This document shows positions 1-14,714 of a stretch of DNA of 64,000 nt, piece by piece. Under the pieces are notes generated by a model, which saw only the letters and a list, made by a program, of their open reading frames with translations, was not told the origin of the DNA and ran no database searches. A program made the translations under genes and the position numbers. The stretch covers positions 7,401,957 through 7,465,956 of the forward strand of contig MU053881.1 in NCBI GenBank assembly GCA_013239625.1. The letters are read 5' to 3'. How positions within the stretch are numbered: position 1 is the first letter of the stretch; every line of letters begins with the position of its first letter. The stretch comes from Lama guanicoe. Its lineage: Eukaryota.

Positions 1-479
1 AGAAGGATGCAGAGGTGATGCGGCCCTGAAGCGGCCTCGCTCAGTCACACCAACTCTCTGAACGTCTACTTCCATCTGAATTTCGATGTGTGGTGGGTGA
101 CTCATTCAGTGTAACTGCGTTTCCTGTCGTAGTTTTTTTTTTTTTTTAATGATTTGCTCCTCGTAATTAGATCCCACCCGTTTGTTCCTCGTTTTTCGCC
201 GTGCTGGGGAGTGAAGGCACCCCCCGCTCAGACTGCGCCGTGGTCCCAACGCTCTGCTCCAGACGCGGGGATTTCATTATTCACTGTCTGCATTATAAAC
301 CTGGACTTAGTCACCAATCATTTTGACTTAGACACCAGAAATGTAGGAATTAAGGGCTGTCTGGCATAATTTGGGGTTGGCGGGAGGGCAAGGAAGAGAA
401 AGGGGAAAAAAGTCTTCAGAATTCAGTGGTATCAAACGTGTGCTCCAGTAACAGCTAGTGTTGAGTGGTCTGCCCTTAC

Positions 480-615
480 CTGCCACCCCAAAGGGCCGCC
501 TCAGACCCTGCGTGCACTTCTTTGTGTTCGTATCCTTAAGATCCATCTTCCCAACTCGGACTATTTGGCAAATCAAGTAAATTTTATCCCTGTTGAGGTC
601 TTTGTTTCCAAGATC
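480..615 (-). CDS. DOCK2: DOCK2 exon 10 ([45 protein letters not shown])
   Basis: Acceptor ttgccctacag|GAT, donor CAG|gtaagg; 136 nt; ORF 328..648; gene continues beyond position 1. Confidence 0.97.
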
Positions 616-1069
616 CTGTAGGGCAAGAAACCAATAGTTACACATCATGTGTTTAATGGAAAAAAAGTAGAAAAGGAAACACGGTGATAGGAAATTCTGG
701 GTGTGGGGGTGTGTGTGTGCTTAGCACTTAGTGTACATGGGCCAATCATACAGGCAGTCCTGGGAAAGGTGGAAAACAAAGCTATCGCACCCACTTCACA
801 CGTAAGGAAGGTGAGTTTTGGAAAGGAAACTGAGTGACAGGACTCTGATGTTCAACCTTGATTCTTCCACCTCAAGCTGATGGGAAGAGAAGGAGGGAGG
901 GACAGTATCAGTTATACGGGGAGGAGTCCCTGTATGCCAGCTGATGGATCCAGACTACAGGCGACTCCATCCAACTGGTCACTGCTCAGCACCTCTGAGG
1001 GAGAAGGCAAAGGGGAGAGGGGAGAGTCGTAAGAATAATAATTACCATTTACCGAGTACCTAACATACT

Positions 1070-1453
1070 TATATCACTCAGGGCTGCCTTGCTGTGGCAT
1101 CAAACAACCCCTACATGCCAGAGCTGCTAACACAACAGACGTTTACGTCCAGCTCAGGCTGCAGGTCCAACGCAGATGGTGGGGGCTCCACTCACTCACT
1201 CACTCTGGATGGATGATCTATCTTGTCATAAGAGGTGCATCCACTGTCCCCACGGCTGGGGAAAGGAACAGGGCAAATCACTTACTGGCTCTTAACGCTT
1301 AAACCCAGAAGAGACGCGCATCACTTCTGCTCAATCTCGCTGGCCAAATCAAGGCGCATGGCCACACCTAACTTTAAGGGGGACAGGGGAGAGCACTCGA
1401 TGGTGTGCTCAGGAGGAGGGACGCTGAAACTAGTGAACTACACCGACGTCTCA
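1070..1453. mobile_element. Old MaLR (MLT1K/L-like) solo LTR inserted within a MIR
   Basis: Typical MLT1 segment catcacttctgctc...ggccaaatcaaggcgcatggccacacctaactttaaggg; MIR pieces flank it at about 1035-1069 and 1454-1660. Confidence 0.6.
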
Positions 1454-2037
1454 GGCACTGTGCTAAGTGTCTCCCACGTCATCTTCCTTGACAACTCTCT
1501 GGAGTACTGTTATCAATATGACTACTGCAGCCCCATTTTACAAATGGGGAAGCTGAGACACAAGGAAGATAAGGGGCTTCCCCAAGGTCATGACTTTAGT
1601 CCTGGAGACACTGTCCGGTCACTCTGACCCCAAAGTCCATAAACCTAATTGCCACAGTACATTTCTTTCACCATCCAAAGGCACACGGGAGGGAAAACCA
1701 CTTGGGCCTCCTCAGCATCTGACTGCCCTGCTCAGATCCAAAAGCTTCAGTGTTCCTGGGAACCCCTTCCAGTTGCAATCAGCTGGAAAAGGAACATCAA
1801 GGCATGTTGGTGGTAACAGAGCCCGACCTCACTAGAGAAGAGTTGCTTCTCTTCTGAGTTAATTCTCATGCTGGCATATGCACTGGGAACAGCCTGACAT
1901 GAGAGCCAGGGCCGGAGTAAAGCAGGCGTCCCCCACCTCTCACTGTGGCTGGTGTGGCAGGAAGAGGCCCGGGGTGTACAGAGCCTCTGGGAACAAGACA
2001 TAGCCTCAATGTGGGTCACACCTTCCTGCCAGGAGGC

Positions 2038-2433
2038 TGTGGTGGTTAAATTTTGTGTCAACCTGGATAGACTATGGTGCTTAGCTTCCTGATCAAACAT
2101 GAGTCTAGATGCTGGTGGGAGGTATTTTGTAGGTCTACTTGGCACCTAGAGTCAGCTGACTTTAGGTAAAGAACATTACTTTCCATTATGCTGGTGGGCC
2201 TTGTCCAACTAGTTGAAGGTCTTAAAAGAAAAACCTGAGGTTTCCCAGAGAAGAAGGAGTTCTGCCTCAAGACTGTAGTATAGAAATCCTGCCTGGGTTT
2301 CCAGCCTGCTATCCGACCCTACAGATTTTAAACCTGCCAGCCTTCACAACTGCACGAGCCAAATCCTTAAAATAAATCAATGTATTTATATATCTTATTG
2401 ATTCAGTTTCCCTGGAGAACATTCACTGATTCA
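2038..2433 (+). mobile_element. ERVL MLT2-type solo LTR
   Basis: Begins TGTGGTGGTTAAATTTTGTGTCAACCTGG, internal AATAAA, ends ...ctggagaacattcactgattCA; recognisable MLT2 body. Confidence 0.8.
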
Positions 2434-3180
2434 AGGGCTATCCTTTCACCAGCTCAAGGAATGGATGGCTGCTCCCCCATTGCCCAAAGTCTCTCCATCG
2501 GGCAGAGAGAGAGGGAAGGTAGGGGAAGAGGGGGCTTTCTGACCAAGGAGGCCTCTCCACTCATCTGCATTTCCTGCCTTGCCCCGTAGGCAACAGACTT
2601 TGAGATTCTGGTGATCTCACGTCCAGATGATGGGATAGCCTCTTTTCTGGCCTGCCTGAGTTCTTTCGCCAACTCACCTTGAAAGCCCCCTGAAACTCAT
2701 CTTTAGAAGCCACGTTCATTATTTCATTTCTCTCCTCAACAATGTTAACAGCTCCCTATTTCCTATCCTGTTACTGCTCATCTTCCCCGGCTGACGTGAA
2801 AGTCAGACATGATATATTTCCAGCTGTCCTATCCCCCTGATTCCCCACTATTCTCAGCATGTAAGTACTCTATTTTTGTCACAAAGATTTCTTTATTGCT
2901 CCACAAGCACACAATGCTCACTTTCAACTCTGGATCTTTCTTCCAAAGCGCCCCCCTCATCTGAACCTCCACCTCTAAAGGCTTACCTCTTAATCCTCTG
3001 TATGTCCAAATCCTTTCCATCCTGAAAAGCTGAAGTCTCGCTTCCCTCATCATGACCTCTATCCCTAATTACTTCTCTCCTCCAGGATTTTTCATACTTT
3101 CGACATACCTAGATTGGTATCTTTCAGAGGCATTCCAGAGCCACAGAGGCCTTGCCACCTGACAGGTGTCCCTACCTATA

Positions 3181-3556
3181 TGTCATGGGATGAATTATGT
3201 CCCCCGCCCTGCCACTGCCCAGATTCTTCATGTTGAAGTCCTAACCCCCATCTCTTTGACTGTATTTGGAAACAGAGCCTTTAAAGAGTGGACTAAGCTA
3301 AAATAAGGTCATTAGGGTGTGCTCTAATCCCACATGACTGGTGTCCTTATAAGAAGAGGAGTTTAGGACAGAGACACAGAAGGAAAGTCATGTGCACATG
3401 CAGGGAGAAGGTGGCCATCCACAAGCCAAGGAGAGAGGCCTCGGGAGAAACCAACACTACCAACACCTTGATCTTGGACTTGCAGCCTCCGGAACCGTGA
3501 GAGAATAAATTTCTGTTCTGTGGCAGTCTGTACTGACAGTCCTAGCAAATGAAATA
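3181..3556 (+). mobile_element. MaLR MLT1B-like solo LTR
   Basis: tgtcatgggatgaattatgtcccc start; ggtcattagggtgtgctctaatcc, gaggcctcgggagaaaccaac, cttgcagcctccggaaccgtgagagaataaa are hallmark MLT1 segments. Confidence 0.8.
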
Positions 3557-4414
3557 AGGTTTGTAGGTGACAGACACAGATAAATGTGTAAGGTTTTCAG
3601 GTAAGCCCCCATCCCACCCCTCTTATCTGAAAAAATTTCACTCGCTCAAAGGAAGACACTAGATCGTTAAAAGCTGCCCCATCAGAGACGCTTGGTACCA
3701 GAGACACTTTAAGGATACTAAAGTGAGCAAAAACGCTTGCACACAGGCTGTTCTCCGGAGGGCAGGTAAATGGGCCATCTCAGAACCAGGCTTCCGTGTG
3801 TGCCCCCAGTCGTTTCTACTTTGGCCTCACGTGTTGGGAGAAGCTGAGGCAGGACCAGGAAGCTTGAAACACATGTCCCCTGATGTAATAATTCACTAGT
3901 TCTCCTTCTGTCATTCAGTTTTGTTCCCCAGTGTGCCAGCAGCGACCCCCAAGCTGGGCCAAGTCTTAGGGGACTTTTTTTTTTTTTTACAGGGCCAAGG
4001 AGGGTGAATGCTTATAAAGGAGACAGAAGGGAAACCCACCATCGGCCCAACCCATGTGCCAGCTCCTCAGGCTCTGCCCCTAAAGGGGAAACTAGGAAGA
4101 GTTAACATCCAGAGGCAAGAGAAATGAGGCCAGCAAGGCACGTGCCTGACAAGTCTCCTCTCTCGCTTAGACATCACCTCGATGCCCAGCTGAAAGTAAT
4201 GCCCAGCCAAACGCCATCACGTCACCCTGTTTTAATTAACCTGCATTGCATGGCTTGTCTTCTGACATCTCTCTTGTTTTTATTCATTGAATTATTTTCT
4301 GAATCCCACCCCCCATCACATCCTGAGAGCAGAGGCCTATCAGCTTATTTGCTGCTGAATCCCCAGCACGTAGCACAGAGCTCTCACACACAGTAGGTAC
4401 TCACTGGGTAGCTC

Positions 4415-4552
4415 GTTTGCGTGTTTGTTTTTGGTGAGGGAAGGTCATTAGGTTGTTTACTTACTCTCTGAGGAGGTACTGGGGATTGAACCCAGGACCT
4501 CATGCATGCTAAGCATGCGTTCTACCATTTTGAGCTATACCCTCCCCGCCCC
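4415..4552 (-). mobile_element. Camelid tRNA-Ala-derived SINE (vic-1 type)
   Basis: Minus-strand head with A box, GCATGCTTAGCATGC anticodon arm, B box GGTTCAATCCC and A-rich tail; near-perfect TSD cactgggtagctc (4402-4414) / catcgggtagctc (4553-4565); inserted into an L2 3' end. Confidence 0.88.
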
Positions 4553-5786
4553 CATCGGGTAGCTCTTGGATCAATAAAAGAAGCTCGAGCACCATGAGCT
4601 TCCTTGTCCCAAAATGAAGACTGCCATCATTTTAAGACAGGGAAGCGTCAGCCTGTGGAGCCAGACAACCAAGGTTCTTGAGCTCATTTGCTGTGGGAAG
4701 AAGAGGTGGTAGCACGGGCAGAATTCCATGAAGGCAGGATCACGCTCTCATTACTATGGAGAGACACAAATTTACTGATGCCCTTTTCCATGTGTTTACA
4801 TCATGAGCTGGTTCTCTGCAAAATGAACCACTGATTGATTCCCTGTCCCTCTCCCTCTCGTGAAACATCTGTCTCCTGGTTTAACTAGGAAGCCCCGTGA
4901 GACTCTCTTATTTATCAAGAAAATAGCTAGGCTCCTCCTTCTAACTAATAATAGATAAACAGCATCGAGGCACATTCATACATGCCAAGAAAACTCTGTC
5001 TAAGCAATTAGGATCTATGATCTTATTCCACTGCCTCTGGCCCATTTTTCCAGGAAGTAACAAACAAAATAAATCAGCCGCACTCCAATCTAATTGTAAC
5101 ATAACATAAGACACGGAACTTAATGGGCTGTAACTGGAAAATTATTGTAGAGCAACGTAGGTTAATCTAGCATGTCGGTCACTCCTGGATCAAACCCACC
5201 AGTCTGATCAATGCCCAAATCTCTCCCTGGCTCCTCCTCTGTAATCTCCCTTGCTAACACAGGCAACACAGTGAAAACTCTCATAAATGTTCTTCACCCC
5301 GAAGCTGCCTGCAGGAAACACCAACAGCCTTCGATATCGTAAGATCATACACTCTGAACACACCCTTGTGGGAACAGGACAAGAGAACGGTTTCTGCTGG
5401 AAAAGATAAGACTTATCTTCTTTTTCCCACTGTTTCTTTTTTTCTAGAGCTCAAGAGCCAGCTTACTCTTGGAAATAAATCATCCAAATTACAATTGATT
5501 TTAACATTTCTACATATGTCCTGCCCAGTGAACACTGGTATTTAGAAGGATGATCCCAGGGACCTGCAAGATCTTCAGTCGTCTGTGACTTAATTATGTT
5601 CAGAATATCCAATGTGCCAAGGCAGCCAGTGTTCTAGGAAGGCCTTTTTTTCAATCTGATGTATTTTAGAAAGGTTTTTAGAAGGTCTAAACCAAAGACA
5701 GGAAATCAGATTAACCAGGAATTAACCAGAAAATCACAACAGATGCTGTACCCAGCTCACCTGGACATTACTGCTGGAAGACATCA

Positions 5787-6179
<393 letters not shown>

Positions 6180-9100
6180 TCATTCAGTAAAAATATTCAC
6201 TGAGTCTCTGCTGTGTGCCTGACACCATGCTGGCCGCTGGGCACACATGAGTGATTGAGACAGACTCTCCCTGTCTGTCCCTCCCTCCAAGAGACCACGT
6301 CCCAGTAGGGAGACAGACGTTAGACAAGCAGGAGCAAGGAATTACTAATGTGTACTCACAACCTCCTTCCCTCTACCTGCTAAGCAAATTCTAACCCAGC
6401 TGCCTAATATGTTCGAAGAGCGGCAGCATTCTCTGTAGAGGTGATAAAGAGTGGCAGAGGTGAGAGGGAAAGGATTTTCATATGTTTTGCTGGACATTAA
6501 GAATTTATTTGCCCTTTCCACCCTACACTCCTTTCAAGATTGAGTGAAGATTTGAATTATTTTAAGTTAATTATCCATTGGAGGTAGGACCATTTCCTTG
6601 AATGGAATGTCACACGTTGATGGGCCATGGGGGGCCTTATTAGCCATTATGTGAGATACACTTAGGTGATGATTTAAATGCAATCGTGACAAGTATTTAT
6701 ATGCAACTGTGCTATAAATAAAAAGTTTAGGATGCTGTGAGAATGGATAGCAGAAGAACCAGGCCTAGTCTTTGCTGAGGATATGCCATGTAAATAAAGT
6801 TGGTCAGGAAAAAGAGATGCGGAAAAGGGAAATGTTTCAGGCAAAGCATTTGTGCATGCAAAGGCCCTGAGGCAGGTTGGAGCTTGCTGCATCTGAAAAA
6901 AAACAGATCCAAGGGGAAAGTGGTAAGAGAAAAATTCCAGAGATGGGCCAGAACATGTAGGCCTCATAGGTCATTTAAGGATTTTGACTTGACCCTAATA
7001 GGAGTGAAAACCCATTGAAGGGTTTTATGAGGGGCAGTCACACAGTTCTGACATCTGGTCATTTATCATCTCACATCTTCTAGCAACCATCCCACAACCC
7101 GTGTGGCTCACGCTAGTCAGGCTAGCTGTACCAGCATCATCAAGACGTCCAGCCCTTCTATACCGTAGGGGAAGCTTAGTACAGTTTGCTGAGCTGAGTC
7201 ATCAGGTTTTCCATGCCATCCAGGAGCCTAGAATTGGTTCTAAACAAATGCCCATTATATTGAAATAAGATATAAACAAAATAAATCTCAAAAACCAAGT
7301 CAGCCCAAAAAGGCATAATAAGAGAATCCGGCAAAGTTAAGGGGAATGCCTTGTTTTTAGAGGTCTGTTCTCTTGATGTCCTGTTCTCCTCCCTTCGCTC
7401 ACCCCTAAAAGACTAATGAGAGCAGCCTGAGCAGAGTTCAATGGGGAATTGGGACTTGCAACAAAAAGAACACACCGTCCCAGATTAACCAACGGTTAAA
7501 ATTTAATTAAGTTCAATGTACTTTTTTTCCCCAGTAAGATCTAAAAGTTGTAGTGGAATTTGCAGCAAACTAGCCAAGAAACCACCAACGCTTCATCCAA
7601 AAAAAAAAATTTTGTTTTAAGTTATTTCCCATTGGTTATTTCTGGACTGTCATAGTGAAACACCTGGGTATTTCCCAGGACTTTTAATCACATGCAGCAC
7701 ACCAGGCTAGGTCTAAACCATAGGCACCAGCAATTTTCTTCTAGGGGAAATGGAATCATAAATAAGAAAAGCAATTTAGAGAGCTGAACTGGCCCCATCC
7801 ATCCTTGCCCAGGAAGACCTAGGTGGTGAATCTGAAGGCCCACCTGGCACCAAGACAGGCTAGACCTCCTCCACATGACACCCTCCTCAGGGGGAAGAGG
7901 AGAACCGCTCCAACTGCCTCGAGTTCTTTCTGGAAATTAACCTTGTCACTGGCCCAATGCCTGAGCTGCTTCTTTTTTTGTCCTACAAAAATTTAAAGTG
8001 TCCCAAATCAGATCTCTCCAGGCATCCATTGGAACTGGATCATGATTTATCCCAACACTGAGAGGTCAGTCCCAGGCGAATTCTCCCCAGTCCACATCTG
8101 GGTCATACTGAGGATGCCTTAACTTGCCTGTGGCTCCCTGCATGCACACCCTGGCTAGGGCCAGGCTGGAACAGAGAAAACTGGTTTCTTGGGAAAGAGC
8201 AGCTACCCAGAGTCAGACTGACACGGGGAGAGTGTCCAAGTTCCCCTGCCCCTTTCCTGTATCACGCCTCTTCTCTTCTTTCTTTGTTTTCTACTCCTTT
8301 TTCTTTTCTTATTTTTTTTTTTGCAGGGGGTGGGGCAGGGAGGGAGGAGGGGTTCTGCTCCTTTGTCCCCACTTCTCATCTCTCACTCTCTCGAGGGCTT
8401 CCCTGTGTCTCCGGCTCTCTCTTTCCCTCAGAGGGAGGCACCGCTCAGCCATGCCCCATCGAGCGCATCATCCCGTGTGGCACCTCGGGGAGCACAGCTG
8501 CCATTTCACTGATCCATGGCCTCCCTCCACAGAGCTGGCTCAGGCCATCCATCACTTAGATGAGCCAGTAGGCCAGGCACCTTTGTCAATTCGACCATGA
8601 GGAATCCTGGTGTCTTCTGAGAGGCAGAGAGCACTTTCAGGATCTTTGCCGCCTGAGGAACAGCTAACAGGGAATGGCAAGGGGCCTAGACCATCTCAAG
8701 GTGGGTTCTAAGGGAGCAGGAACACTTGTTCACCGTGTCTGCTGAGGTCTAGCCAGGTGAGCTGGGCTGATTCTTTAATTTTAGGGATTTAATTTGCTGT
8801 AAAGAATAGCTTTCCACCATCACAGTGCTAAGACTCTGGTGAGGACCATTCAGGATATTTGATACAACTCTCTCCTTGGTGACAGACTCAAGCGGGAACT
8901 AGCTTATCTTTAGAGTCAGATGGACCTGCGTAGAAATCTCAGCTCTGCTGCTTATGAATGTATGTGACTTTGGGCAAGTCACTTGACCTCCCCGAGCCTC
9001 GCTTTCCCATGCAAATCACATGGAGCAATGAGGATTACATGAGGTCACGCACAGACCTCAGTTCAGCCTTCCTAGATGGACAGCTCCTCGATGGTTCATA

Positions 9101-10060
9101 AATGTCTCCAGGAGAGCCATTATTTTCTAAAGAGAATTTCTATTCACTAGGAGCTTTATGTTTTCTCATTTAATCATCAAAACAACCAAGGTGAAGAGAC
9201 ATCACTTTCTCCATAGAAGCAGAGGGGAAGAGGTCCATTAATTGGGATCTCAAATATGGGACCAAGTGTTGGCCCAAAACCCCACTGGAGGGGACAGGCA
9301 GTGGTCACCTGGGAGGAAGGATGGACTGAGCCACAAGCAGAGGCCAGTGCTGGCAGTGGAGGCTGGAGGTCTTCTCCCTGGAGATTCCCCAAAAATGTTT
9401 TCCCTTCCTTGAGCTGAAGCACCTGCAAGTTCCCTTACTTTTATAATAATAATAATAATCATGGTCATAATAATAATCACTGCCACTTAGAGCACCATGC
9501 GACAGGCCTTGTGCTTCATGTGTTTTTTCTCATTTAAGTCTGAAAGAGATGACCTTATGAGGTTGACACTTACATTTTTCAAATTAAAACTCAGGCTTAA
9601 GAAAGATGAACCACTTGCCCGAGGTTAAGAAAGAGTCAATGGCGGTGAACCCGTGTAGACTTCAGAGCCCACATTCTTAGCCTGTTACTGCCACTGAAGA
9701 TACGGTGTTTTCACCATTCATTTCTTAACTCTTGTTTAAAAAGGTAGGTATTTTTATTCTATCCAGTGGTACCTGTCTGAATCTTGTTATTTCTGGTTGG
9801 TTTCCAGTAATCAAAAACCTGCTTATAAAACCCTACTGTGTAACCATAAGCCTGCTGTGAGGGGGAAAAAAAATGTGGTGTTAATATTTCCACCTGACTC
9901 TCACACCCTAAAAGAAGTTATTTCCACATTCTCAGTTGGGCTCAGCTTCTCTACTGGGTGGGATTTCTCCACAAGGGATGGTGGAAGGAAAAGATGCTCT
10001 GAGCTCTGCCAACTCCAACCTCCCAAACACAGAGAAGTCAGGCAATATGGAACACACTTA

Positions 10061-10255
<195 letters not shown>

Positions 10256-10489
10256 TTAGCCCAGCACCACTTAGGACAGCAGAAAGGCGGCCCAGGATAT
10301 GAAGAATCAGGTAGGTTTCAATCCTGAAGACTTCGGTATTATATTTAGGTCTACCACCCAAAGTTTCTGTTGTCTGAGCCAAGCCACTTTGACTCTCTTG
10401 GCCTCTTTCTTGGAAAATAACCAAAAATGACCCAGCCTTCCTCATAGAGTTAGTGTCATTAAAAGTACAGCACAAACTAGAAAAGACAA

Positions 10490-11405
10490 AAGTGTTTAAA
10501 CAGACTTCATCAAAACCAAAAAATTTGCTTTTTGAAAGACACATTTAAGAAAATGGAAGGCCAGGTACCGAATGGGAGAAAAATATACCTGCAAAACATA
10601 CATCTGGTAAATAATTTGTATCCATAATATACAAAGAATTCTTACAACTCAATGATAAGAAAATCAACCCAATTAAAACAGACAAGGTATTTGAACAAAC
10701 ACTTCACCGAAAAAAAGATACAAATGGCAAAGGCCAGTGAGCACAGGAAGAGATGTTCAACATCACTAGCCATCTGGGGACATTCAAAACAACAGTGAGA
10801 TACCACTACACCACCACAAGAATGGCTAACATTAAAAGACTGACAATACCAAGCGTTGACAAGAATGTAGAGCAACTGACACTCTCCTATGTTGCTGATG
10901 GGAGTGCAAAATTGTACAGCCATTTGGGAAACAGTATGGCAAGCAGTGCCTTAAAAAGTTAAACATTTATCGTATGATTATTACCGCCCAAATGTGCAGC
11001 AATTGATCAGTGATATATATCATTGGCAACTGGTCAATGGTGTAGCAACTCAGGAATGAAAAGGAAGAAAACATTCACACACACAACAACATGAACCTCA
11101 AAAACATGACGCCTAGTAAAGTAAGTCAACCACAGAAACCAAATGATTCCATTTACATGAAACTCTAGAAAAGGCACAAGTGCAGTCGCAAAAGGCAAAT
11201 TAGGGGTTGCCTGGGGCTTGGGGTTGGGAAAGGGGATTGACTGTAAAGGAACTCAAAGTATCTTTTAGGGAGATGGAACCGCCCTATATTTTGACTGTGA
11301 TAGAGTTTACCCAACATTATATATTAATAAGATTTATTAAACTATAATTTTAAATGAATTAATTTGACTGTATGAAAATTGTACCTCAATAAAGCTAAAA
11401 ATAAA
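10490..11405 (+). mobile_element. Old L1 (L1MC/ME-like) ORF2 end and 3'UTR fragment, antisense to DOCK2
   Basis: Degenerate ORF2 C-terminus (KTTVRYHYTTTRMANIK in ORF 10753..10962); ends gtacctcaataaagct plus A-rich tail. Confidence 0.8.
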
Positions 11406-11449
11406 GTTGCCTCCAAATAATACACAGTGGATAACATACTTTTTTAAAG

Positions 11450-12030
11450 TATAAATCAGATTATGTTAACCTTGAAAAGATTGTGATTCCTTGGAATCTT
11501 TTGTTGGCTTCCTACCACGCTTGGAGTAACATCTTAGCTCTCTTCTGTGAACCCTCAGGTCCTATGAGAGCTGGCTCCTTCTACCTACCTCTCCAAATCA
11601 TTGCCTACATTCTTTCACTGCTCACTATGCCCCATCCATACTGGCCTTTCTACTCCTTAAACATTCAGAACTCAGTGCTACCTCAGGGCCTTTGTACTTG
11701 CTATGCCCTCTGCATTGAACTCCTTTCTTGTCCCCAGATCTTCCCAGGCCTGGTGCCTTCACATTACTCAAGTGTCATCTTACATGTTACTCCTGGGAGA
11801 GACCTTCCTCATGGTTCCTTTTAAAATAGCTCCTGATTCACTCCCATTCACATAACCCTAATTTATTGCCTCTAGAAATTCATTACCATCTGGAATTAAT
11901 TTGTCCATTTATTTATTTACTTTTTTACTACATTTCTTCTTTTTTCCTCTCTGGCATATAAAACTCCGTGAGAAGAGGAAACATGCCTGGCATTAAACTA
12001 CTTGTGGGATGGCTGCTGAATGAATTACAG
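11450..12030. mobile_element. L2 3' fragment, representative (others near 4150-4410, 6660-7060, 41520-42100, 43200-43550, 57460-58680)
   Basis: cctcagggcctttgtacttgct...gagaccttcct...tgaatgaat terminal repeat. Confidence 0.7.
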
Positions 12031-12127
12031 ATTCAAGTACAAAAATGCAATAAAATGCATGTGGTTACTGATCATCTCAGGCCATAGGACAGATGTCCTC
12101 TTGAATAATATACAGTCTGGTTAATCA

Positions 12128-12394
<267 letters not shown>

Positions 12395-14714
12395 CTACCA
12401 GAAAGCTCACCGGATTTCAGCCGTACACAGATAGCACGACACACAGCTGCGAGTCACCCTCGTATGGTTCAGCCTCTCTGGGAGGTGTTGTGGCAGTGTG
12501 TATTAAAATATAATTGAATATGTATTTCCTGCGAGAGTGAACCTAGAGAAACAACCACACGTGAACAAGGATGTGTGTTGAAACAATTATATATATATAT
12601 TGTTTATTGATATATTGAAACAAATTAAAATGTCTGTCAAAGGGGGAATGGCTAAATAAACTGTGATCTGTAATGGAGTTCCATAGCACAGGGTTTTAAA
12701 AATGTGATATAGTTCTGGTATGTTTAATGATATATATCAGCGAAAAAAAAATCAAGCATGAAGAGATGCATAAGTGTGTTTTAAGTAAAAAACAAACAAA
12801 CAGACCAAGCCAGGTAAGTTCCCTGGGTGCATGTATAGAGAGAAACTTCTGGACAAAATTCACCAAACTGCTAACACTACCAACACATGCACCTGTGAGG
12901 AGAAGCAGGGCCCTGGGACCAGGAGAGGTGTAGGGGTCAAGGAGAACTGTGCCTTATCTCTATTCATTTAATGTTTATGTAATGCCACAGAACATAATAT
13001 AGTATGGTATACAATATAATACACAGAGAAGGTGTTCATGTATCACTTATTCAGTGACAATTTGGAAGTAGTTATTGGGAAAAATCTCAGATATCTCCAT
13101 CGTTATCCACAGCTTGCTCTTTAGCTCTGTGACTTCCAGGTCACAAGCTTTTCCCTGTTTGGTATTGATCTGTTTCAACTGCATCTGCCATTCTGATTGG
13201 AATCGATGACACGAACAACAGCAAACACCCACACAGCACTTGTGATAAGCTGTGCATTAAATTCTTTACACACGTTAAGCATTTGACCCTTATAATAACC
13301 CTAAGAGGGAGGTGCTATTAATGCCCCTATTTTACAGGAGAAGAGAAGACTTCAGGATACTTTGCTCCAGGTCACACAGTAAGAAGCAATATGGCACCCT
13401 AGTCTGCATTCTTGACCTTTATGGTATACTTTCTAGATAGAAGGCCTTTAGAAGCAGTACTGGGTTGGGGGACAGGGGTTATGTCCTAACTGGAAGCAGC
13501 TTTTGCACTTGACGTTGACACAGAGGACGTCAGTTGTCCAAACAAGGAAGGCAGGGGGAGGTGGGCTGATGGAGACTCTGAGAAAGCCAACGGTGGTCCT
13601 GCTTGGGCACTTCTACGAACTACCAGACTCAAAGGGCAGCGAGGATTAGAGAAGGCAACCACATTTTCCTCTCTTATTTGAGAATCGGATTGAGAGGCAC
13701 ATCGCTCGTCTCATCCAAATGCAAACAGAAGGGAGCCAAGGTTCCCCCGTTTGTCCACATTCATTAGGAAATTAACTTCCAACTAGGTATGACTCATAAT
13801 GGTGCACAGCCATGCTGATGAACGGCCGATGCTAAGCGGGAATTAAATGCATTCAACGGATGCTGAGCAGAGGCTCCCTCGACCTGGGAAAAGATGGAGC
13901 ATGGCTGATACATAATTTAATGCCGAGATCTCTCTAGCGCTTTCTCTTCAAAATTTATCAAAGTGGATTCGGTTCTAAAATGTATGAATAAAACATTCTC
14001 CTGGGTCCAGCTATCTTGGGAATTGAAGGAATCATTTGAGGATTCCTCGCTCCTCGGACACCAGAGAGCTTGTCCATTGCCAGTCTCACTTGAAACTTGG
14101 AAGCTTCAGTAGTCAAGGGGCAGGACTGACGGGATTCCCACGACCGAGTGTCAGGGGAGGGCTGTCTCCCAAGGGACAGCAGAGCATTCATTTTGGAGAA
14201 CTGAGCATTCTGACAGTTTTTCCTCAGGGGGTACCCCCCATTGCTCTCCTCTGTTCAAGAAAGTGATAAAATGAACCCAAGATAAGGGTAGTGGAGAAAA
14301 CCCCCGCTGTATGCATTTTCCACTCTCCCCCCCACCCACCTCACCAAAATTGCTTTCAGGTGAAGAAAACAGAAAGGTTTGGGTTTTTTTTTTTTCTGTG
14401 GCTCCCCATCACGCACTGGACAAATGTGAACTTCTCCACCTGGCACTCAGGCCCTCAGCATTCCAGCCCCTGTCTACCTTTCCCTCCATCTTCATGTTTA
14501 TCCCTCAGCTCCTCTCAGTTTCTCTCTCTCTCTTTCTCTGAATTGCTTCACTTTGTAATTCTTGCTGGTCTGGTTTGATTCAGGGAGGTGTCACCCCCTG
14601 CCCTGCCTCCTCCCACTCTCTCGTTCCTGCTTCCTCCTCTCGTGAACTGCATGACTTCCCACTCCAGTGTCTGCTTACTTCTCCCTTTCTCTGACTAGTC
14701 TACATCTTCCTCGG

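Noticed and set aside
4480..4550. tRNA-Ala(AGC)-like sequence on the minus strand
   Set aside because: It has a SINE body, an A-rich tail and TSDs and recurs at 21137 and 28588, so it is a tRNA-derived SINE rather than a tRNA gene
8124..8600. 158-aa ORF
   Set aside because: Non-ATG start, low-complexity pyrimidine tract, no homology recognised
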